Made by a program: the position numbers and the translations under genes. The notes below the pieces were generated by a model that was not told the origin of the DNA, did not search any database, and saw nothing but the letters and a program-made list of their open reading frames with translations. A DNA stretch of 64,000 nucleotides, from contig CAZBFM010000001.1 in NCBI GenBank assembly GCA_964491455.1, positions 279,425-343,424 on the forward strand, in the 5' to 3' direction. Each line of letters starts with the position of its first letter. Positions within the stretch are counted from its first letter, which is position 1. Of the stretch, positions 57,701 through 64,000 are shown piece by piece. The stretch comes from an uncultured Candidatus Saccharibacteria bacterium (lineage in GTDB: Bacteria; Patescibacteriota; Minisyncoccia; 2-02-FULL-40-12; GWA2-44-9).

Positions 57701-58317
57701 TGCTTTTTGATAATCACAAAACTATCAGAAAAAACGCGACGCGGTGTAACCCAATGGTCCATCCGGATCAGAGAGCGATCCAGCAACCGCAAAAACGCAC
57801 GCTTCAAGCGGGGTTGCTTTTGATACGGATCGAAAAGAAGGAATTTTATATATGATGACGTGAGAGCCCAAAATCCACCATACGCACCCTTTTCCACGAC
57901 GACACACTGATGACTACTAGCAAGCGCGCTAAGTCCCTCGGGGGTATACCGAAAATAATCCCCTGGATCCGAATGAATTGGCTGCGTAAATGGCGCAGTA
58001 ATAATTGCATGTCCGCCTCGCCGCAACACCCGAGCGATTTCCTTCATGAGCGAAGTAGGGCTCGGCACATGTTCAAAGACTTGATTACACAAGACCGTAT
58101 CAAAGGAGCCGTCTTCAAATGGCATTGCCAGCACGTCGCCCGCCACATCAACGTTCCCACCAGCGACCGCATCCAGACAAATATAGGAAGTCGCACTGCG
58201 AAGCACTATGGATTTATATTTAGCAGCAGCGCCACCGCCAGCATCAAGCGTTTGCCCACGAATATATTTCGCAGCATACTCTACAAGATCGCGTGTTGTA
58301 TGAATGCTAGACGACAT
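57697..58317 (-). CDS. Class I SAM-dependent methyltransferase
   Basis: 206 aa. GxGxG-like SAM motif (…TLDAGGGAAAKY…) and Methyltransf_11-like fold. 4-nt overlaps on both sides. Confidence 0.7.
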   Translation of the reverse strand: MSSSIHTTRDLVEYAAKYIRGQTLDAGGGAAAKYKSIVLRSATSYICLDAVAGGNVDVAGDVLAMPFEDGSFDTVLCNQVFEHVPSPTSLMKEIARVLRRGGHAIITAPFTQPIHSDPGDYFRYTPEGLSALASSHQCVVVEKGAYGGFWALTSSYIKFLLFDPYQKQPRLKRAFLRLLDRSLIRMDHWVTPRRVFSDSFVIIKKQ

Positions 58318-59657
58318 TATTCATTAGCTTCACTCGCAAGTCGCAAGAGCAATCGTCGAACATACAGGAACGCGATCGTGTGCGCAATCGCATACCATGC
58401 AGTGACGAGACCAATAGTCCCCCAAGGACCGAAAGCGCGAATCGCCATAAGTCCCAATGGCACCCCGACAAGTAAATTAAAAGTATGAATCATGATCGAA
58501 ACGTGAACCTTTTGAATGGCGCGCAACATCGATCCCAAGCCAATACCCAAACCCATGAAAATTCCGTATGGAATCAGCGCGTATACATAGTGCACGCTCT
58601 GCGCAAATTGAGATCCGTAAAAGATGTGGAATGCGATAGGAGCGACGAGAGCAGCTCCGAGTGTCAACGCGGTCGAGATGCCAACCGCGTACATCGTAAC
58701 TCGAACAAAATTCCGAGATAAGCGCGCAACACCTTGCGTTTTCATTTTAGGAAACTCAACGTTTAGGAGCGTCCCAATGGGACCTAAAAATCCGAGCGCG
58801 AGATTGATATACGCAAAGGCAAGTTTAAAAAAGGTAACGTCTGCCGCAGTTACATAGATCCCTGTGAGAAGAATGGGGAGAATATTATAGAGGTTTGAAA
58901 GATTTCTATCTACTGCGATCCAAAAGCTGTACCGAAGATACGTTCGCACCGGTGCGGTGCGCGCAGAGAGCATTAGCTCGCGAATCCGAGGCAAGACACC
59001 GAAGTCTCTTTGAAGCCCCCGCCACACCACAATCGACGCGCAGCAAAGAATACTCGCTCCCAATAAGTGTCCCGTCACAATACCTCCAACACCCAAGCCT
59101 GCGATCACAAACGAAAGCGCGAATGTCGTCCGAAGCATCTGATCGCTCAGGCCTAACATGGTCATCTGTCGAATACGCCCAACAACTTGAGTTCCGATAG
59201 ACGCGAAAGAATACGCTGTCGTAGAAACGATCGAAGCGCAAATGACGACCGAAGCGAACCATCCAATCGCGGATGTTCCGTACAGGTGCATGGAAATGAA
59301 AGGAGCCAATGCCGCACCGCATAACGTCACAAAACTCATAATAACGGTGATCTTCACCAAAAATGCTAAAGCTGAGCGTATTTCATGCTCATCCCTACGC
59401 GCATATGCCTCACCCAATATCGTGGTGACAGCGTCTTGAGCGCCCACACCTAGAAATATAGAAATGAACCCCGCGAGACTAAATGTGAGTGCATACACAC
59501 CGAATGCCTCAGGCTGAAGCACGCGCGCCATGATGATACCGGCAATCGCCTGGAAGACATTCCCAAACATACTCCCGGCCTGAAGGATTGCCGTATTCCT
59601 AACAAATGTATGCGCTCGAAAGTATGAAATTTTCTCACGTATCCAAGCTATTGACAT
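58317..59657 (-). CDS. Polysaccharide flippase (Wzx/MOP-superfamily)
   Basis: 446 aa, about 12-14 TM, with the Polysacc_synt-like N-terminus. Confidence 0.65.
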   Translation of the reverse strand: MSIAWIREKISYFRAHTFVRNTAILQAGSMFGNVFQAIAGIIMARVLQPEAFGVYALTFSLAGFISIFLGVGAQDAVTTILGEAYARRDEHEIRSALAFLVKITVIMSFVTLCGAALAPFISMHLYGTSAIGWFASVVICASIVSTTAYSFASIGTQVVGRIRQMTMLGLSDQMLRTTFALSFVIAGLGVGGIVTGHLLGASILCCASIVVWRGLQRDFGVLPRIRELMLSARTAPVRTYLRYSFWIAVDRNLSNLYNILPILLTGIYVTAADVTFFKLAFAYINLALGFLGPIGTLLNVEFPKMKTQGVARLSRNFVRVTMYAVGISTALTLGAALVAPIAFHIFYGSQFAQSVHYVYALIPYGIFMGLGIGLGSMLRAIQKVHVSIMIHTFNLLVGVPLGLMAIRAFGPWGTIGLVTAWYAIAHTIAFLYVRRLLLRLASEANE

Positions 59658-59692
59658 GCGCGCATCCTAGCATGGAATTGATGAAACATAAA

Positions 59693-62600
59693 CTAGAAAA
59701 GTGATTGAATGTACTCCCATTTCAACACCCCATCATACGTAAACTCAACAACATGCTCTCCCCCATGCACAGGAAGTCCGTGGAATAGATAGTTTGTCAT
59801 ATATGACTGCACTGGTCGTCCATCGATGGTGATTCGCCAACCAGGGAGATTCGACTCAGAGAAGACAAGCCAACGATCATGAGAGGTCTTGGTAGTGAGC
59901 CGAAGATATCCGTCACGATACGCGTCAATGGCAATAGAGTCTGAGGGAGTAGGCCGATTCTTGAATGAATCGCAATCAGCGCATTCGATGAATGTAGTGT
60001 TGGCGAAATTAGTGTTTGACTCGATGATTGTTTTGAAATTCTTCTCTTCATCAGTCTCGGATACAAAAGAGACGTTTCGAGCAAAGTAGATGCGAGGCAT
60101 GACCGTCTTGTTCTCATAGAGATAGATAGGAATGTTGAACCGCGTTGATGCCACCTCCTCGATCAGCTGCAGGCCAGGAGTTGCGGGGAGCTCGTATGCG
60201 GAGATGAGATACTTCACGTTGAGCATGGAAAGAACGGGGAGGCGGAGGGTGAAACGAGAGAGCTTTTCACCGAGTGGGATGTCTTCGTTTGCAAGCGACG
60301 TATAACGCTGGCTCACCTCACTCCCCACAAATGCGAGCACGCGCTGCCCTCGTCGTGGTGCCATCGGTTCGTAGCCGTCAATGGTTGCAATGCCGCGTAG
60401 AAGGCCAGTATTAGGCATCAGCGAATCAATGCCATACATCATCGCATCTCTCGAAGCACCCTCATGAATAGCTGATACACGCTGTGAACCTGCAGCACCA
60501 TAGAGAAAGCTAAACGTGCGAAAACTCATTGCATCATCGCCTCTCAAAAGAATCGCGTCCGCGATGTGCGGCGACGAAGAGAGGACTGAAGACCGCGCAA
60601 ACGTGTGCTCCATCATCCCCGACGCACCAAGCAATGCACACGAAGCTATCACTGATGCTCCGGTAAATACCTGCGCATCTCTCGCATACCGAGCCACTAT
60701 GTACACCACAGCAATTGATGCTAGCGCAATCATGGAACTTGCATCTCCGAGTGAAAAATTATCAAACGAACTTCTCACCATTCGCTCAATAAGTGCGTGG
60801 TAGTACTCAAGAGGAAGTCCCGTGGTGCCTTGATACATCCGTTCCGTAAATAGTTGTTGCAGGAATCGAATACTACCCTCACCTGCCACCGCAAATATCA
60901 ATGTTGCTGTCATGGCAACACCAAGCATTGCATTAAACAGGCGCCCCGCATACAACTGAATGCTCGCCCGCCCACTTTCCCAGTGCTCCATCGTCCACTT
61001 CATCCCATAACCAGCCAACATTGCCATCGCAAAATTAAGAACAAACGTCCATCGAGCCGGCCCACGAAAATACTCCAATACGGGGAACTGATGAAGTAGC
61101 CAAAATATAGGAGAGTATTTGAATGACGTCAGAATCGCACCAACGCTCAACAGCGTAAAGAACCTGACACTGGATTCGCTCTTGTACATCTTTGTGACGC
61201 CAATGAGTGCGAATATGAGACCAAAAATACCAATGTACGGTAAAAACTCACCGGAAATACCATATCGAAATGAAAAATGTGGAAGTATAAACTTTATCAA
61301 ATCCAACGGTGTCGCAGCATCGACGCTCGCCTGCGCAAGCGTAAGTCCGCCAATCCTCGTTGAAAGCGGGGTGAACACTGCCATATACAAAAATTGAGGC
61401 AGACCAATTATCAGTGCCGCCACGAATACGCCAATAACACGCCCCCCATCCTTCATTGAATTTCTTAAACTCTTTCCTTCACGATGAGCATCGCATTCCA
61501 ACCACACCCAATACAGCGCAGCAACTATGAGTGCCATAATCACGAATTGCTGATGCGCTCCCAAAAATGACAATCCAATGAGCACCGAATATAGAAGCGC
61601 CACACCCCAGGCCCCTCTGGATGCGCTAAGCGCCATGAGCAATGATACTGGCAAAACATATACCGCAGAAAGAACAGCAATGTTGCCCAACCAATGTGTC
61701 GTAAATTGACCCAATGTAAATGTACCTGCAACCAACAAGCTCACATATCGACGCGAGAATAACTGTCGAGCAAATAGATAACTAAAATACGCCGCCAGAA
61801 ATACAAAGATCACTAGAAGCGCGTTATAACTTTCAGAAATCACACGATAGATTGGATGAAAGAATCCCCACTGAAAAGACGCCGGGATCGGAAATCCAGA
61901 TAGTATCCCGGAAGCCCACTTTGCCCCTCTGGTTGTTGCGTCTGGATAAAAAACCCCAACCGTATCGCCATCAAAGAAAATAAACCTCTGGCCGAAGTAC
62001 ACACCAAGACATACGAGTATAATTACCGCGAACAACACAAGCCTACGCCCTAAGGGATCCTCGTTATAGAAACCTAAAATGCGTTGAATCCAAACTCGCA
62101 GCAACTCCCAAAGCGTATATATGTATGATCCAATCGATACGCGGGATTCGATAGGTGCAGCATAGGTAATAGGCACCTCACGGATGTCCAAACCTCGAGC
62201 CTTGGCGATTGCAAGCATCTCGATGTCGAACCCCCACCGTAGAACTGTAAGCGCTGAGAATATATCATTTGCCAAACTTCCTCGGATCATCTTTAAGCCC
62301 CGCTGAGAATCAACAATATTCCAGCCCATAACGCATCGAATTAATCGCTTTGCGAGAAACCCCAACACCCCTCGTCCCCGGGGTTGCCCACTAATGACAG
62401 CATTGGGTGCAGCAGCAATGATCAGGTCCGCGCCCTCCCGGTATTTTGGCCAGAACTTATCCAGCTCCATCACGCTAATCTGCAAGTCTGCATCTATGAA
62501 CAGTCGACAGTCTCCCTGGGCTGCAAGCATGCCCGTCCTAACGGATGCCCCCTTTCCCCGATTCGACGCATGGGATGTAATGTGAACATGTGATAGATGC

Positions 62601-62779
62601 AAGCCCTCAACTACTGATCTCGTATCGTCGATAGATCCGTCATCAACTACAATAATTTCACACGCCAGATTCTTCGTTTTGAAGTAATCAGTGACGGCAT
62701 AAATTGTGCGAGCAATGCCCTTCCCTTCATTCAGGGCGGGTATAATTACTGACGTCAGATTTGGTAGTGATGATTTCAT
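59693..62779 (-). CDS. Fusion glycosyltransferase: N-terminal GT2 polyprenyl-phosphate glycosyltransferase (GtrB/CsbB/DPM1-like) joined to a YfhO-family GT-C membrane domain and a C-terminal soluble domain
   Basis: 1028 aa. aa 1-235 are GT2 (…VIIPALNEGKGI…VVDDGSIDDT…DADL…). About 12+ TM follow. The C-terminus …LVFSESNLPGWRITIDGRPVQSYMTNYLFHGLPVHGGEHVVEFTY matches the YfhO-family C-terminal signature, from my memory of the family consensus. Confidence 0.6.
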   Translation of the reverse strand: MKSSLPNLTSVIIPALNEGKGIARTIYAVTDYFKTKNLACEIIVVDDGSIDDTRSVVEGLHLSHVHITSHASNRGKGASVRTGMLAAQGDCRLFIDADLQISVMELDKFWPKYREGADLIIAAAPNAVISGQPRGRGVLGFLAKRLIRCVMGWNIVDSQRGLKMIRGSLANDIFSALTVLRWGFDIEMLAIAKARGLDIREVPITYAAPIESRVSIGSYIYTLWELLRVWIQRILGFYNEDPLGRRLVLFAVIILVCLGVYFGQRFIFFDGDTVGVFYPDATTRGAKWASGILSGFPIPASFQWGFFHPIYRVISESYNALLVIFVFLAAYFSYLFARQLFSRRYVSLLVAGTFTLGQFTTHWLGNIAVLSAVYVLPVSLLMALSASRGAWGVALLYSVLIGLSFLGAHQQFVIMALIVAALYWVWLECDAHREGKSLRNSMKDGGRVIGVFVAALIIGLPQFLYMAVFTPLSTRIGGLTLAQASVDAATPLDLIKFILPHFSFRYGISGEFLPYIGIFGLIFALIGVTKMYKSESSVRFFTLLSVGAILTSFKYSPIFWLLHQFPVLEYFRGPARWTFVLNFAMAMLAGYGMKWTMEHWESGRASIQLYAGRLFNAMLGVAMTATLIFAVAGEGSIRFLQQLFTERMYQGTTGLPLEYYHALIERMVRSSFDNFSLGDASSMIALASIAVVYIVARYARDAQVFTGASVIASCALLGASGMMEHTFARSSVLSSSPHIADAILLRGDDAMSFRTFSFLYGAAGSQRVSAIHEGASRDAMMYGIDSLMPNTGLLRGIATIDGYEPMAPRRGQRVLAFVGSEVSQRYTSLANEDIPLGEKLSRFTLRLPVLSMLNVKYLISAYELPATPGLQLIEEVASTRFNIPIYLYENKTVMPRIYFARNVSFVSETDEEKNFKTIIESNTNFANTTFIECADCDSFKNRPTPSDSIAIDAYRDGYLRLTTKTSHDRWLVFSESNLPGWRITIDGRPVQSYMTNYLFHGLPVHGGEHVVEFTYDGVLKWEYIQSLF
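59723..60252. repeat. 530-bp perfect direct repeat, copy 1 (3' end of the GT2-YfhO gene)
   Basis: Identical to 62785-63314, offset 3062 nt. It encodes the identical last 176 aa of the two adjacent paralogs; the supplied ORF track shows identical 106-aa and 66-aa shadow ORFs in both copies. Confidence 0.85.
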
Positions 62780-64000
62780 CGCAACAACACCCCATCATAC
62801 GTAAACTCAACAACATGCTCTCCCCCATGCACAGGAAGTCCGTGGAATAGATAGTTTGTCATATATGACTGCACTGGTCGTCCATCGATGGTGATTCGCC
62901 AACCAGGGAGATTCGACTCAGAGAAGACAAGCCAACGATCATGAGAGGTCTTGGTAGTGAGCCGAAGATATCCGTCACGATACGCGTCAATGGCAATAGA
63001 GTCTGAGGGAGTAGGCCGATTCTTGAATGAATCGCAATCAGCGCATTCGATGAATGTAGTGTTGGCGAAATTAGTGTTTGACTCGATGATTGTTTTGAAA
63101 TTCTTCTCTTCATCAGTCTCGGATACAAAAGAGACGTTTCGAGCAAAGTAGATGCGAGGCATGACCGTCTTGTTCTCATAGAGATAGATAGGAATGTTGA
63201 ACCGCGTTGATGCCACCTCCTCGATCAGCTGCAGGCCAGGAGTTGCGGGGAGCTCGTATGCGGAGATGAGATACTTCACGTTGAGCATGGAAAGAACGGG
63301 GAGGCGGAGGGTGAGCACTCGTAACTTCTCTTGCAGCGGCATCGATGCGTACGCCAATGAATCGCCCGTTGTTGCTCGCTCGCTCCCCACCAATGCTATC
63401 GTTCGCGCAATACGCCGGGTCATGATATTCGAAAAGCCATCAATACTCGAAGCACCATACTGCATGCCAATATTGGGAACCATAAGATCGCGCTGAAATG
63501 CAATGGAATCTGAAATTGAATACCTTCCTGAAAATGGCTGGTGCAATTTCTGGTCGACAGCGGAGCCAGAAAGAACACTCAAATACCTCCCATCTGTAGC
63601 CTGTATGTATGCGGCGAGTGAAGGAGCGCTAGAAATGACTGACGCATGAATAATCTGCGTTCGATTTGGATGCATCATGAAGAGCGAACACGCCGTAAGT
63701 ACTAGTGTCGCAACGCGTGCAGGTCCATCAAAGCCGCGAACCGCTACGCGTCGTACGATGAGAATTGAGACACCAAGAGACGCAAACCCAACGAAAAAAA
63801 TGGAATTGAATGGATCTACATTGGCAATGAGCGCATCGAAAAGAGATGAAATGGAGTTGTGATAATGTTCTACTGAAAGTCCGCCAGCACGAGATGCAAG
63901 AAAGTGCTCATCAAAATATGCGTAGACATATGATAATAGTTGCGTTCGTACAGGGATAACAATCAAACGGACTACAATCGCGCCGAACATCAACACACCA
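62776..64000 (-). CDS. YfhO-family membrane glycosyltransferase paralog (5' end beyond window)
   Basis: TM-rich region homologous to the membrane domain of the 59693-62779 protein, with a C-terminal domain 100% identical to it. A 4-nt ATGA overlap with the downstream gene start. The first in-window Met at 63996 is probably internal. Confidence 0.6.
   Translation of the reverse strand, partial: GVLMFGAIVVRLIVIPVRTQLLSYVYAYFDEHFLASRAGGLSVEHYHNSISSLFDALIANVDPFNSIFFVGFASLGVSILIVRRVAVRGFDGPARVATLVLTACSLFMMHPNRTQIIHASVISSAPSLAAYIQATDGRYLSVLSGSAVDQKLHQPFSGRYSISDSIAFQRDLMVPNIGMQYGASSIDGFSNIMTRRIARTIALVGSERATTGDSLAYASMPLQEKLRVLTLRLPVLSMLNVKYLISAYELPATPGLQLIEEVASTRFNIPIYLYENKTVMPRIYFARNVSFVSETDEEKNFKTIIESNTNFANTTFIECADCDSFKNRPTPSDSIAIDAYRDGYLRLTTKTSHDRWLVFSESNLPGWRITIDGRPVQSYMTNYLFHGLPVHGGEHVVEFTYDGVLLR
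62785..63314. repeat. 530-bp perfect direct repeat, copy 2 (3' end of the upstream YfhO-like paralog)
   Basis: See copy 1. Upstream of the repeat the two genes diverge to about 40-50% amino-acid identity. Confidence 0.85.

Noticed and set aside
1-64000. CRISPR arrays, rRNA genes, integrase/transposase genes, prophage structural genes
   Set aside because: No regularly spaced short direct repeats were seen, no rRNA-like conserved stretches, and no tyrosine/serine recombinase or transposase motifs in any frame. I therefore did not call the tRNA-adjacent region an ICE or prophage.
63996-64000. Met at 63996 as the true start of the YfhO-like paralog
   Set aside because: The reading frame is open to the window edge and the homologous protein is about 1000 aa. 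The real start is almost certainly beyond the window.

Overview
This is a 64-kb bacterial chromosomal segment. Almost every gene is on the minus strand. The gene content resembles a small-genome bacterium, possibly a Patescibacteria/CPR-like lineage, but that is inference only.

Housekeeping blocks:
- Cell division and shape: ftsQ-like, mreB-mreC-mreD-pbp2.
- tRNA synthetases: serS, lysS, proS, aspS.
- Other core genes: greA, rseP, frr, holB, murG, lon, RNase J-like, thyX, uracil-DNA glycosylase.
- A peptidoglycan cluster: Mur ligase, FemAB-like, SEDS, mraY, D-Ala-D-Ala carboxypeptidase.
- Secretion and translation control: secDF, secA, hpf.

Accessory regions interleaved with these:
1. A tight operon-like triad of an HNH-like protein, a type-II membrane-anchored cupredoxin-like protein and a presenilin/SPP-like GxGD intramembrane protease candidate (23.0-25.0 kb).
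2. An island next to a tRNA-Lys(UUU), 32.8-38.7 kb. It holds a coiled-coil protein plus two tandem zinc-ribbon paralogs, an orphan 149-aa gene, a soluble VirD4/TraG/TraD-like coupling-protein ATPase with a co-transcribed polytopic membrane partner, and a sigma-70 region-4 HTH fusion protein.
3. A Cas4-like/RNase-H-like nuclease, an M16 peptidase, an Arg/Tyr/Trp-rich secreted protein, SprT-like and DUF378 genes (41-45.4 kb).
4. A NUDIX hydrolase with a SEC-C zinc motif, translationally coupled to the 3' end of secA.
5. A surface-glycan locus (52.7-64 kb): a WbaP-like initiating transferase behind a consensus promoter, a Wzy-like/TPR protein, GT4, a methyltransferase and a Wzx flippase. It ends in a giant GT2-YfhO fusion glycosyltransferase and a YfhO-like paralog whose 3' 530 bp are a perfect direct repeat of the first copy.

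No rRNA, CRISPR array, integrase or transposase was recognised. Coordinates of features I derived myself (terminators, tRNA, repeats, trimmed starts) may be off by 1-2 nt.
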